Positions 48,885 to 58,849 are shown, numbered from the stretch's first letter. The stretch: 64,000 nt of DNA from an uncultured Gammaproteobacteria bacterium (GCA_964428655.1 CAYRYE010000001.1:218258-282257); one strand, 5' to 3'. Notes: generated from the sequence alone by a model not told the origin. Numbers and translations are program-made.

Positions 48885-49031
48885 TTATTTTTTTGCGGAA
48901 ACAAATTTAAACATTGTTGTTCCACAATCGGGACATTTAGCTTTTACATAAGGCCGCCCATTTTTGGCAACACCTTCTTCGTAATCATCAACGTCCTTTT
49001 TAGCACGACACTTTACACAGTAGAAAACCAT
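48885..49031 (-). CDS. 48-aa zinc-ribbon protein, DUF5679-like (not in ORF track)
   Basis: MVFYCVKCRAKK...KNGRP...KCPDCGTTMFKF; SD GGGAGGTGAA. Confidence 0.85.
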   Translation of the reverse strand: MVFYCVKCRAKKDVDDYEEGVAKNGRPYVKAKCPDCGTTMFKFVSAKK

Positions 49032-49178
49032 TTTTTCTTCTTCACCTCCCTTCTCCTTAGGCAGGAGAATTTAACGATCGAACCAATATAACACAGCCCA
49101 GGTATGGATTGCAAGTAATTCCTGTTTCTTTCTATCCTGTTGACATTAATTGTTTAAAGAAGATAAAATTGAACCAGA

Positions 49179-49628
49179 GTGAAAGTAGAATTTGTTTTGG
49201 TTGGCTTGACCTTGTGGAACTTGATTATTAGCTGGTTTGTTTGGCGGGCAGTAAGTCATTATCGACACTTGACCAAAGGAGTTAGTAAGAGTAATCTGGA
49301 AAAAGTTCTAGAATCAATCCTGAAAAATGGACAGTTGACAAAACAAGGCGTAAAAACCCTGAAGAAAAGAATTGAAGATTTGAGTATTGATAGTGAATTT
49401 CACTTTCAAAAAGTTGGCTTAGTTAAATTCAATCCTTTTTCTGAACTTGGCGGCAATCAAAGTTTTTCTTTGGCAATTTTGAATGGTGCTGACAAAGGAT
49501 TAGTGATAACCAGTCTCCATGGTCGCCAGACAACTAGGGTTTATACTAAATTAATTAACGGTAAAAACGAAGTGAGGCTTTCTGAGGAAGAAGTGAAAGC
49601 AGTAAAAAAAGCCAAAAAGGGAAAGTAA
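49179..49628 (+). CDS. DUF4446-like membrane-anchored protein
   Basis: QKVGLVKFNPF..GGNQSFSLA.L, RVYTK, LSEEE; TTGACA-18 nt-TAAAAT upstream; GTG start. Confidence 0.8.
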   Translation: MKVEFVLVGLTLWNLIISWFVWRAVSHYRHLTKGVSKSNLEKVLESILKNGQLTKQGVKTLKKRIEDLSIDSEFHFQKVGLVKFNPFSELGGNQSFSLAILNGADKGLVITSLHGRQTTRVYTKLINGKNEVRLSEEEVKAVKKAKKGK

Positions 49629-50824
49629 TGAATTTAAAAACAAAATTAATTATCTCTGGGTTAGGTATTTATTTACTAGTCACGGGTCTATCATTTGCTG
49701 TTTTTTCTGTTTCTCACAAGGACTCTTCGTTAGTTTCGCCATTAGCTGAAAGAGAGACAGCCCAGGAGGAAATGAGAGTTTTTACTGGACCAAAAGACCA
49801 AGAATGCCCAATTAATGGAGCGATGTATACCAAGGGACAAAAGGATGTCTGGGAGAAGCGAAGACCATTAACGGCCATGATTGAGAATCATGAGGATTCA
49901 AGACCTCAATCAGGCTTAACAAAGGCTGATGTGATTTATGAAGCAGTAGCCGAGGGGGGAATTACCAGGTTTATGGGCGTTTATTATTGCCAGGCCGCGG
50001 AGCCATATTCTATGAAATATGATTTAGGGCCGGTTCGTTCAGCAAGAAGCTACTTTTTAGATCTAGCTTCAGAGTATGGAGATTATCCCCTATATCTTCA
50101 TGTTGGCGGAGCTCACTGCAGCGCTGAAGGTGACCGTTGTACTACTGACCCAAGGGCTCAAGCTTTGGAGCAGATTCAAGAATATGGCTGGCAGAACAAG
50201 GATCACTGGAGTGATATGAATCAATTCTCGTTGTCTTATCGTCACTGTCGTCGAGAACCCGAGAGAACCGGTGAAAGTCGGGTCACAGAGCATACTATGT
50301 ATTGTGACACTGATGCCTTATGGCAGGAAGCAGATAAACGAGGCCTAGGAGATAGTGGTTGGGATGAAAATTTCCAACTTTGGGAATTTAAAGATGAAGA
50401 AAAAGCAGACAGCAGGGGAGATATTGCTAATATTGAGTTTAATTTTTGGGAGGGCTATGGCAGTTATAAGGTAACCTGGCAGTATGATACTGAAAATAAT
50501 CAATATCTAAGGTATAACGGTGGTGAACTGCAAAAGGATTTTGTCGCTGATCAGGATTTAACAGCCAAAGTAGTGGTGGTTCAATTTGTTAAGGAAATAG
50601 GGCCAGTTGATAAACACAAACATATGCTCTATGAGGTAGTTGGCAAAGGGGAAGCCTTGATATTTCAAGACGGCGAGGTTGTTCAGGGTAGGTGGAATAA
50701 GGGGTTAAGGCAATCTAGGACGGTTTTCACTGATTTAAGAGGCAAGGAGATTGAGTTGAATCGTGGCTTAATCTGGATTGAAATTCTGCCTGCTGGTAAT
50801 AGAGTTAATTATGAATCCACTTAG
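49628..50824 (+). CDS. DUF3048 (YerB-like) extracytoplasmic protein
   Basis: RPLTAMIEN..SRPQSGL..AD..YE...EGGITRF, GPVRSAR. Confidence 0.88.
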   Translation: MNLKTKLIISGLGIYLLVTGLSFAVFSVSHKDSSLVSPLAERETAQEEMRVFTGPKDQECPINGAMYTKGQKDVWEKRRPLTAMIENHEDSRPQSGLTKADVIYEAVAEGGITRFMGVYYCQAAEPYSMKYDLGPVRSARSYFLDLASEYGDYPLYLHVGGAHCSAEGDRCTTDPRAQALEQIQEYGWQNKDHWSDMNQFSLSYRHCRREPERTGESRVTEHTMYCDTDALWQEADKRGLGDSGWDENFQLWEFKDEEKADSRGDIANIEFNFWEGYGSYKVTWQYDTENNQYLRYNGGELQKDFVADQDLTAKVVVVQFVKEIGPVDKHKHMLYEVVGKGEALIFQDGEVVQGRWNKGLRQSRTVFTDLRGKEIELNRGLIWIEILPAGNRVNYEST

Positions 50825-51404
50825 TTCGCTAAAAGGGATCATTGTTTCCGACTCAAGAATTAAGCTTCTTCAAGTTTTGTTCTATCGGCCTGGTGAAATG
50901 TATTATGTTCGTCAGCTGACCAGGTTGACCAAGAGTAAATTAAATTCTGTTCGCCGGGAGCTGGAGAATTTAAAGCAGGCTGGTATTCTTGGAAGCGAGT
51001 GGCGAGCCAATAAGCTCTTTTACTGGGTTAACAAGAAGCATTGTTTTTTTCAAGAAATACTATCTTTGGTATTGAAAACTAAAGGACTAGGTAAGGAACT
51101 AGTTAAAAATAGACAGAAATTAGGTAAAATAAAATTTATTGTCTTCTCGGGTGGTTTTGCTCGGAATTTGATTCCTCAAGAAAAAGAGATTGACATTTTG
51201 ATTATTGGCAAAGTGGTTCTTCCTGAATTAAGCGCTTTAATTAAGGCTGAGGAAAAATTGCGGGGAAGAGAGATTAATTACACTGTGATGGATGAAAAAG
51301 AGTTTAGTTTTAGAAAAAAGAACAGGGATCCATTTTTAACCAAAGTTCTGCTACAGGGAAGACTAATGATTATTGGTGACGAACAAGAGATGGTGGAATA
51401 TTAG
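50811..51404 (+). CDS. Winged-helix protein with a degenerate nucleotidyltransferase-like domain
   Basis: YVRQLTR...NSVRREL..L HTH; C-terminal SGGF...IDILIIG, REINYT. Confidence 0.75.
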   Translation: MNPLSSLKGIIVSDSRIKLLQVLFYRPGEMYYVRQLTRLTKSKLNSVRRELENLKQAGILGSEWRANKLFYWVNKKHCFFQEILSLVLKTKGLGKELVKNRQKLGKIKFIVFSGGFARNLIPQEKEIDILIIGKVVLPELSALIKAEEKLRGREINYTVMDEKEFSFRKKNRDPFLTKVLLQGRLMIIGDEQEMVEY

Positions 51405-51406
51405 AG

Positions 51407-52738
51407 ATGCAGAAGCGGAGATTTCTACTTTGGCTGATTCTTCTGGTTACTGTTAGCTCAATAATTGTTGATTTGCCCTCCAGTTATCGTTTAAAAGTCA
51501 AAATTGGTTCTCGGCAGATTGATACCACCATTTCCCGACCATTTAGTTTTCTAAAGCGATTCAAAATTGTTAAGGGATTAGATTTGGCGGGCGGCGTCCA
51601 CTTGATGTTTAGGGTAAAAATGGATGATCTTCCCCAAAATGACTACCAAAAAGCTCTTTCTTCTCTAAAAGTGAATATTGAAAGGCGAGTTAATTTTTTT
51701 GGAGTTAGTGAGGCAGTAATTCAGACTTCTCGAGTTGGCAATGATTATCGTTTGGTTGTTGAGCTTCCTGGAGTAATCAATGTCGATGAGGCGGTTAATC
51801 TGGTTGGCAGAACAGCTGAATTAAAGTTTAAGGAAACTGTTGAGATACCGCCTGAAGCGACGGTATCGGCAACAGTCTATGATCTTTTTTCCGGGGAAAC
51901 TGGTTTATCCGGCAGACATTTAATCAGAAGTCAGGTTAATTTTAATTCCAATACTGGCAAGCCGGAAGTTAGCTTGGAGTTTAATGAGGAAGGAAGAAAG
52001 CTCTTTTCAGAAATTACCAAAAAGAATATTGATGAACCCTTGGCTATATTCTTGGATGATATTTTGGTTAGCGCGCCTCGGGTGAAAGAACCAATTAGTG
52101 ACGGCAAGGCAGCTATTAGTGGTGAGTTTGATGTTAAACAGGCCAAAGCTATGGTTTCCCAGCTTAATGCGGGAGCATTGCCGGCCCCGATTGAACTAAT
52201 TGAAAGGCGTCAAATTGGTCCTACTTTAGGTGAGCAATCTATTAGAAAAACTCTAAAAGCTGGCTCCATAGGGTTAGGGGCTGTTGTTTTATTCATGGCT
52301 GTCTATTATCGCTGGCTGGGGATTTTGGCGGATATTGGGCTGATTATTTATGCCTTGATTACTTTGGCTCTTTATAAACTAATTCCAGTCACTCTAACTT
52401 TACCGGGTCTGACCGGATTTTTACTTTCAGTAGGAATGGCGGTGGACAGCAATATCTTGATTTTTGAAAGAATGAAAGAGGAATTAAGAGATGGCAAGCC
52501 TTGGAATGTGGCTATGGAATTAGGTTTTGGAAGAGCTTGGGATTCAATTCGCGATGCCAATATTTGCACCCTGATAATTTGTTTTTTGCTTTTTAATCCT
52601 TTTGATTGGAGTTTTTTAAACACGTCAGGGATGGTTAAAGGTTTTGCTCTAACTTTATCTTTGGGAATATTTATTAGTTTATTTACAGGGATTGTGGTTA
52701 CCAGAACTTTGCTGCGTGTTTTTGCCAGAAAGAAATAA
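51407..52738 (+). CDS. secD: Protein translocase subunit SecD
   Basis: GLDLAGG, RVNFFGVSE, GALPAP, GMAVDSNILIFER. Confidence 0.97.
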   Translation: MQKRRFLLWLILLVTVSSIIVDLPSSYRLKVKIGSRQIDTTISRPFSFLKRFKIVKGLDLAGGVHLMFRVKMDDLPQNDYQKALSSLKVNIERRVNFFGVSEAVIQTSRVGNDYRLVVELPGVINVDEAVNLVGRTAELKFKETVEIPPEATVSATVYDLFSGETGLSGRHLIRSQVNFNSNTGKPEVSLEFNEEGRKLFSEITKKNIDEPLAIFLDDILVSAPRVKEPISDGKAAISGEFDVKQAKAMVSQLNAGALPAPIELIERRQIGPTLGEQSIRKTLKAGSIGLGAVVLFMAVYYRWLGILADIGLIIYALITLALYKLIPVTLTLPGLTGFLLSVGMAVDSNILIFERMKEELRDGKPWNVAMELGFGRAWDSIRDANICTLIICFLLFNPFDWSFLNTSGMVKGFALTLSLGIFISLFTGIVVTRTLLRVFARKK

Positions 52739-53610
52739 TGAAAGTTAAATGGATAAAGTTTAGCTGGTTGTATTTTTTGATTTCAGCTATTGTTTTACTG
52801 CCGGGGATTTACTCTTTATTTAAATGGGGAGTGAAACCCGCAATCGACTTTACCGGCGGCACTTTATTAGAGCTCAAAGGAGAGGGATTAAATAATGATT
52901 TGATTAGTAGGTTAGCTGGAAAAATGGAGCTTAATTTAGAAAGCCAGCGGGGAAGCGAAGCCAATAGTCATCTTCTCAGATTTTCTCAGCTTGGAGAAGA
53001 TAAGAAGAATGAGCTGATAACAGCCCTGGAGAAAGAAGTAGAAAATATTGAAATAATCCGGTGGGAAACTTTAGGGCCTGCTCTGGGAAGGGAGCTTTTA
53101 ATTAAAACTGGAGTGGGAATAATTTTGGCAGTTTTGGCGATTCTGGTTTATATCAATTTTCAGTTTAAGGATAAATGTTTTGGCATTTGCGCTATTTTGG
53201 CCATGCTCCATGACAGTTTAATTCTTTTAGGGGGTTTTAGTTTATTAGGTCATTTTTTAGACGTTCAAATAGATGGCCTTTTTGTTACTGCCATTTTAAC
53301 CACTCTTTCAACTTCAGTTCACGATACTGTGGTTGTTTTTGACAGGCTTAGGGAATTAAGTAAAATTTATCCAAAGCTTGGGATATCAGAGATTGCCAAC
53401 CAAGCAATTAGTCAAACCCTAACCAGATCAATTAATAATTCTTTAACAATTATTTTTATGCTGGTAGCTTTGGTTTGGCTGGGAGGGGAAACAACCCGCT
53501 GGTTTGCCGCCGCTTTATTAATAGGAACTACCGCCGGCACTTATTCATCCACTTTTATCGCCGTGCCTTTACTTGTAGTTTGGAAGAAAATATTTACAGG
53601 AAAGGAATAA
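52738..53610 (+). CDS. secF: Protein translocase subunit SecF
   Basis: IDFTGG, HD, SVHDTVVVFDRLRE, RSINNSLT, GTYSS. Confidence 0.97.
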   Translation: MKVKWIKFSWLYFLISAIVLLPGIYSLFKWGVKPAIDFTGGTLLELKGEGLNNDLISRLAGKMELNLESQRGSEANSHLLRFSQLGEDKKNELITALEKEVENIEIIRWETLGPALGRELLIKTGVGIILAVLAILVYINFQFKDKCFGICAILAMLHDSLILLGGFSLLGHFLDVQIDGLFVTAILTTLSTSVHDTVVVFDRLRELSKIYPKLGISEIANQAISQTLTRSINNSLTIIFMLVALVWLGGETTRWFAAALLIGTTAGTYSSTFIAVPLLVVWKKIFTGKE

Positions 53611-53685
53611 CTTGCGGGATGTTCCACCTGAGAGATGGAACAGCAACTTTTGTAGTTGGCTTATAACGGTGGTATAATTAAAGTT

Positions 53686-53988
53686 ATGAGTGAACAAAAG
53701 CAAAGGAGAAGTTTAAAGAGGAGATTCGTAGATTGTGAAGAACGCTTTCGGGATGGTGTAAGACTACAAGGCCGCATGGTTCACAATAGACAAATGGCAG
53801 AAGGGGCTCTTTGCCTGCTTAGGTATTCAGATCTAAAGCCCGGAGAGAGAAAAAGGTTAAAAAGAACAGCAGAGTCTTATTCTCTTAGGTTTGAGACCAC
53901 TAGATGCAGACTTTCTATGAGTTCGCCAGCTACAAGGCTTGGTTCTAGGGTTGCAGCTGTTCGTGGACTTTTTCCTTTAAAAAGATAG
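53686..53988 (+). CDS. Hypothetical Arg-rich protein
   Basis: TGgTATAAT 7 nt before ATG 53686; no motif recognised. Confidence 0.55.
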   Translation: MSEQKQRRSLKRRFVDCEERFRDGVRLQGRMVHNRQMAEGALCLLRYSDLKPGERKRLKRTAESYSLRFETTRCRLSMSSPATRLGSRVAAVRGLFPLKR

Positions 53989-54046
53989 GCCTATTTTGTA
54001 AACTCCAAAAGATAGAAAATCCTAACATTTTTCAAGCGAATTTTGG

Positions 54047-54271
54047 TTAATTTTTTAGTTTGTCTGCCGGACATTTTGTTCTGCCAATTACAGTTGCTCC
54101 ACCTGGTGCAAGGGGGTTAAAAACAATTCGGGTAGTAATTTTATTGGTTGGATTTGACTTTGAAGGTTCTTGGACACAAGTGACTTCCACTCCCATTCTG
54201 CCCCTAAAACGCGAACATGTTCTGCAAGCAACACCTGGAGGCATAAGATTCCTTCCTTTGTATTCTGTCAT
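54047..54271 (-). CDS. Hypothetical small Cys-containing protein
   Basis: 74 aa, CxxC plus two more Cys; TAAAAT 10 nt upstream. Confidence 0.55.
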   Translation of the reverse strand: MTEYKGRNLMPPGVACRTCSRFRGRMGVEVTCVQEPSKSNPTNKITTRIVFNPLAPGGATVIGRTKCPADKLKN

Positions 54272-54401
54272 ATTAGAGCCTATTTTACTTTAGTGATAAA
54301 ACTGTTTCAATCTAGTGATCTGTTTTTCCCGGCTGGCCAGATTTCTTTGCCCACTTTAAATATTTTTGCGTTTAGGATAATCCTCTAATATAATATGCGC
54401 A

Positions 54402-55205
54402 ATGCTTTCACAAGTTGAAGCATATGTAGAATATGCGCATAAACCAGAAAATGCATGGGAATTAGTAGAGCGGCCGATATTGGACTATGTTTTTGAGAGA
54501 TTTTATTGCGCTAGATTCAATAGTTATCGAAAACAAGATACAGTACCAACCACTTTTGGCTTTCCGATTGCCAAAGATTTTCAGGTTTTGGATTTGGGAA
54601 CTGGGACAGGTAGGGTTCCGGGGCGTCTAATTGACTACGGCGTTCCAGCAGATAATATTGTTGGGATCGACAGGAATCAAGATCTATTAGGAGTCGAATT
54701 CTTTCCTGATGGCGCGAGAAAGGTAGCTGGTGATGTCAGAGAACTTGATCGGCTATTAGGCGCTGACGAGTCTTTTGATTTTATTACTGCAAACATGCTG
54801 TTTCATCTTTTAAGTTATCCTGATTATGTGGGGTGTTTAAGACAAGTCCGTAATCATACCAAAAGGTTTAGAACAAGGGTGTTAATTATTGTGCCCCATC
54901 CATTAAGGAGAGGAATATATACTACTGGCGAATACCACGCCCATTCAGCTTTAACAGAGAGAGCACCCTGGGGAGAGGAAATACAAGTTCAACAAAAGAC
55001 GATTCAGGATTATGAAAGAGGATTATTTGAGGCGGGTTTTGACACTTTCTACATTGCTACATATGGAGTTGGTTTGGATAATGTAGATAGTACTTTTTTA
55101 ATAAGAGACCAAGCGTCTTGGAGAAAAATTGGAAGAAGGAAAAGTGTTGGTAAGAAAAGACCATCGCATCTTCGCTTGTGGCTTTTTGCTCATCCAAGGG
55201 GATAA
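54402..55205 (+). CDS. Class I SAM-dependent methyltransferase
   Basis: VLDLGTGTG, VGIDR, FDFITANMLFH. Confidence 0.85.
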   Translation: MLSQVEAYVEYAHKPENAWELVERPILDYVFERFYCARFNSYRKQDTVPTTFGFPIAKDFQVLDLGTGTGRVPGRLIDYGVPADNIVGIDRNQDLLGVEFFPDGARKVAGDVRELDRLLGADESFDFITANMLFHLLSYPDYVGCLRQVRNHTKRFRTRVLIIVPHPLRRGIYTTGEYHAHSALTERAPWGEEIQVQQKTIQDYERGLFEAGFDTFYIATYGVGLDNVDSTFLIRDQASWRKIGRRKSVGKKRPSHLRLWLFAHPRG

Positions 55206-55243
55206 ACAGCTCAAAAAAAACTCTATAAATAAAGCTTTTTACA

Positions 55244-55774
55244 TCAATCTGTAATTTTAAATGTTGCTATTATTTGATCAACTTCTTCTTCGCGGTTCAT
55301 GTTTAACAAAGTAATATACTTGTCCGCAACTTTTTTAATTGTTAGATTATCCATTTGAGTTTTATATCTACTCTCGTAGTCTGAAAAAGTATCCCAGACT
55401 TCTATGGGTAGATCGTAAGATTGCCCGCCTTTATATAAAAGAACAACTGCGTCGGGCCAGCCATAGAGATTTTTTTTGTCATCCAGAGCTTGGTAGTTTT
55501 CCGGATATGAAATTTCAAAACCATATTGCTCGTTTTTATAAGTGGTCCAACCCTGTTTAACTGAAGGAGTTGCAGTGGGTATAGGTGTATTTGTTGCTAC
55601 TGGTATTGTTAATGTCGGTAATGTTGTTGGGGTTTGTGTTGATACTGGCGTTGGTTCTGTAAAAGGTTTAGGTTCTTTCTTTTTACCTTGTTGTGTTCCT
55701 AGATAATAAGCCAGTCCAATACCTGAAATGGCTAAAATAGTTATTAATATTAGGAAACCAGATTGTTTCTTCAT
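55244..55774 (-). CDS. Membrane-anchored protein with a Pro/Thr linker and PsbP-like domain
   Basis: KQSGF + TM helix, PT-rich linker, WTTYKNEQYGFEISYP, DQIIATFK. Confidence 0.75.
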   Translation of the reverse strand: MKKQSGFLILITILAISGIGLAYYLGTQQGKKKEPKPFTEPTPVSTQTPTTLPTLTIPVATNTPIPTATPSVKQGWTTYKNEQYGFEISYPENYQALDDKKNLYGWPDAVVLLYKGGQSYDLPIEVWDTFSDYESRYKTQMDNLTIKKVADKYITLLNMNREEEVDQIIATFKITD

Positions 55775-55785
55775 TGTTATAGATT

Positions 55786-57156
55786 TTAGCATTTTTTAGC
55801 CACTTCGGGAATTCTTTTAAAAAGATATTCTTTTTTATTCTTGTCTTTATCTTCTTCGACTTCGTTAAAAAGAGCCTGTAAGATTTGGCCGACTTTTGGG
55901 CCAGGCTTGATTTTCAGGACTTTCATCACATCACGACCATTAACTTTTAAATCTTTAACAGAAAAAGGCTGTTTTTGGACTTCAATAAGCCGTTTTTTAA
56001 ATAATTCTGTTCGCCAGGAAGTTTTAGGAACACCACTGCCTAAACGATCTCCGGTTCTGATATCGATAATGTCTTGGAGGTTTTCTTTGCCCACCCTTCT
56101 GATAAATCTTCTGATGGCCGCATCAGTTTGTTTTTCGTTGGGAGTAAATTGATGCCATCTGACTAGGCGCCAAAGTTTATCTAGTTGCTTGTTAGAAAGG
56201 CGTAGCCTCTTGCCAATTCTTTTGGCAATGGCCGCTCCGATCACTTCGTGATTATAAAATGTTCGATCCTCACCCTTTCCTTTAGCCGCGGCCGGTTTGC
56301 CTATATCATGAATGAGGGCAGCTAAACGAACCAGAGAATCTTTTGAAGGGCAGTGCTGTAGGGTTTTAATTGAATGTATCCAAACATTATCAACATGGTG
56401 TTTGGCCTGTTCAACACCTCTGCCCTCAATTAGTTCTGGCATTAGGAATTGGAGTAGACCGCTATTGAGAAGCAAAACTATGCCATCGGCAGGGTAATTA
56501 CTGGCTAGAAGTTTAAAAAACTCTTCTCTAATTCTCTCCCAGGCAATTTCCTCGATCAGAGCGGCATTTTTTTGAATTGATTTAAAAGTTTCACTCTCAA
56601 TGGTAAAGGCCAGCTGAGTGGCAATTCGGATAGCCCTTATTAATCTTAAAGCATCTTCTTTAAATCTTTTATTTGGGTTACCCACTGCCCTGATAATCTT
56701 TTTTTTAAGATCTTTCTGGCCATCAAAAGGATCCACCATATTTATCATTTTGCATTTATTGTTTATTATTTTGAATTCTAGAGCGATGGCATTAATGGTA
56801 AAGTCGCGTCGGGAAAGATCTTCCTTGATCGTTTTGCCCCAAGAGATTTTGTCTGGTCGGCGAAAATCAGAGTATTTTTTTTCACTTCGGTAGGTGGTGA
56901 CTTCAAAAATATCATTTTTATTTTTACCCATAACAATGCTGACCGTGCCAAACTTGTTATTGTAAAAGCTATTTTTGGGAAATAAGGATTGGATTTGTTC
57001 AGGAACAGCATTAGTAGCAAAATCCCAGTCGGCTATTGGGTATTGGATTAACCACCCCCTGGCAGATCCGCCAACAACATAAATCTCAAAATTAGCGTTC
57101 TGAAAAGTTTTGATGAGCTTTTTTACTTTATCAGGGAAATTAATGTTTTTATCCAT
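55786..57156 (-). CDS. cca: CCA tRNA nucleotidyltransferase with HD domain
   Basis: VGGSAR..DWDFAT, EDLSRRDFTINA, RFKEDALR, HDIGK. Confidence 0.92.
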   Translation of the reverse strand: MDKNINFPDKVKKLIKTFQNANFEIYVVGGSARGWLIQYPIADWDFATNAVPEQIQSLFPKNSFYNNKFGTVSIVMGKNKNDIFEVTTYRSEKKYSDFRRPDKISWGKTIKEDLSRRDFTINAIALEFKIINNKCKMINMVDPFDGQKDLKKKIIRAVGNPNKRFKEDALRLIRAIRIATQLAFTIESETFKSIQKNAALIEEIAWERIREEFFKLLASNYPADGIVLLLNSGLLQFLMPELIEGRGVEQAKHHVDNVWIHSIKTLQHCPSKDSLVRLAALIHDIGKPAAAKGKGEDRTFYNHEVIGAAIAKRIGKRLRLSNKQLDKLWRLVRWHQFTPNEKQTDAAIRRFIRRVGKENLQDIIDIRTGDRLGSGVPKTSWRTELFKKRLIEVQKQPFSVKDLKVNGRDVMKVLKIKPGPKVGQILQALFNEVEEDKDKNKKEYLFKRIPEVAKKC

Positions 57157-57157
57157 G

Positions 57158-57173
57158 TATAATCATCATTATA
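57158..57173. promoter_or_regulatory. Symmetric double -10 element shared by cca and recJ
   Basis: TATAAT-CATC-ATTATA in a 20-bp divergent gap. Confidence 0.6.
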
Positions 57174-57176
57174 GCA

Positions 57177-58841
57177 ATGATTCAAAAAAAGTGGCAGCTT
57201 CTTCAGCAGGGAAAGATGGATAAGGGAGTGGGCGATGAAAAGATCATTTTGAAACTTCTAAAAAATAGGAATATTGGTTCTCGAAAAAAAGATGAGTTTC
57301 TTAATCCTATTTCTCCTTTTAAACTTGAGCCAAAGTCAGTGGGAATCAGGAAATCATCTTTAGAAAAAGCGGTAAATATAATCAAAAAAATAGGCAAGAA
57401 GAAAAAGATTATTGTTTATGGCGATTACGATGTTGATGGTTTTTCGGCTTCAGCAATCATTTGGGAAACACTCTGGAAAAAAGGCTTTAATGTTTTACCC
57501 TTTATTCCCAATCGAGAAAGAGACGGTTATGGATTAAAAGAAGAAGTTGTTAAAAGATTAAAACAAGAAAATCCCGATTTGGGTTTAATTATTACTGTAG
57601 ATAACGGCATAGTCGCGTTTGACGCGATTAATCTTGCCAGATCTTTAGGAATAAAAACCATTATTACCGATCATCATCTTGTTTCCGAGAAAGAACCTTT
57701 GGCTGATGCAATTGTCCACAGTACTAAAATAGCCGGCAGCGGCGTGGCTTGGTTTTTAGCTCGTCAATTTGGCTATCGCTCTTTGGATTTGGTTACTCTT
57801 GGCACCATTGCCGATATGTTGCCCTTAACTGAAGTTAATCGAAGTTTTGTTAAACATGGTTTGAAAAGATTGGCTCAGACGGAAAGAATCGGTTTACAGC
57901 TTCTGAAAAAAGAAACGGGAATTAGCGAAGGTGAATTATTACCCTGGCAAATATCTTTTGTTTTGGCTCCTCGTTTAAATGCTGTTGGGCGGTTGGCCGA
58001 TGCCACGGATAGCTTAAGATTGTTGTGCACTAATAGCGTTTCTAAGGCGAGAATGCTGGTTGGCAAGATGGAAAAGACGAATAGACGGCGGCAAAAATTG
58101 ACTATAGATGGTGCGGCCCATGCTAAAGAGAAAATTGGAAGCAAGCCTGGAAAAATTGTTTTTGCCATTGATAAGTCATATCATCAGGGAGTTATTGGTC
58201 TAGTTGCCTTCAAGTTAGTTGAGGAATTTTGTCGTCCCTCAATTGTTATCTGGAAAGGTAAAACTATTAGTAAGGGATCGGCCAGGTCGGTAGGCAGCTG
58301 CAATATTATTGAATTAATCAAAAAAGGAGAGAAATTTTTAATTGATGTTGGTGGTCATCCAATGGCAGCTGGGTTTACCATTGAAACCAAGAAAATTAAT
58401 GATTTTGTCGAAAAAGTCAGCAAAAGTGCTGAGAGAGAAATTAAAATGAGAGACTTAATTTCTCAGTTAAAGATTGATTTTGAAATGGATTTTTCTTTAA
58501 TCAATAAAAACTTCTATTCTTTATTGCAAAAGCTGGCCCCTTTTGGTATTGGTAATCCCGAGCCGACTTTTTTGATTAAAAATGCCAGGGTGGTTGGTCT
58601 TAAAGTAATGGGGGGCAGTCAACAGCATTTAAAGCTTCAGCTTGATGATCCTCAAACACCAGAAATAGAAAGAATTATAGCAGAGGCAGTTGGTTTTGGC
58701 TGGGGTGAGTGGCAGGATAGGCTTTTTCCCGGCGATTTAGTTGATCTGGTTTTTAATTTGAATTTAAATAAGTGGAATGGGAGAGAAACGCTCCAGCTTA
58801 AGATTAAAGATTTGAGGAAAACGGGAGAGGTGATAAAATAG
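57177..58841 (+). CDS. recJ: ssDNA-specific exonuclease RecJ
   Basis: YGDYDVDG, ITVDNG, TDHH, GGHPMAAG, PFGIGNPEP. Confidence 0.96.
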   Translation: MIQKKWQLLQQGKMDKGVGDEKIILKLLKNRNIGSRKKDEFLNPISPFKLEPKSVGIRKSSLEKAVNIIKKIGKKKKIIVYGDYDVDGFSASAIIWETLWKKGFNVLPFIPNRERDGYGLKEEVVKRLKQENPDLGLIITVDNGIVAFDAINLARSLGIKTIITDHHLVSEKEPLADAIVHSTKIAGSGVAWFLARQFGYRSLDLVTLGTIADMLPLTEVNRSFVKHGLKRLAQTERIGLQLLKKETGISEGELLPWQISFVLAPRLNAVGRLADATDSLRLLCTNSVSKARMLVGKMEKTNRRRQKLTIDGAAHAKEKIGSKPGKIVFAIDKSYHQGVIGLVAFKLVEEFCRPSIVIWKGKTISKGSARSVGSCNIIELIKKGEKFLIDVGGHPMAAGFTIETKKINDFVEKVSKSAEREIKMRDLISQLKIDFEMDFSLINKNFYSLLQKLAPFGIGNPEPTFLIKNARVVGLKVMGGSQQHLKLQLDDPQTPEIERIIAEAVGFGWGEWQDRLFPGDLVDLVFNLNLNKWNGRETLQLKIKDLRKTGEVIK

Positions 58842-58849
58842 GATTAAAA

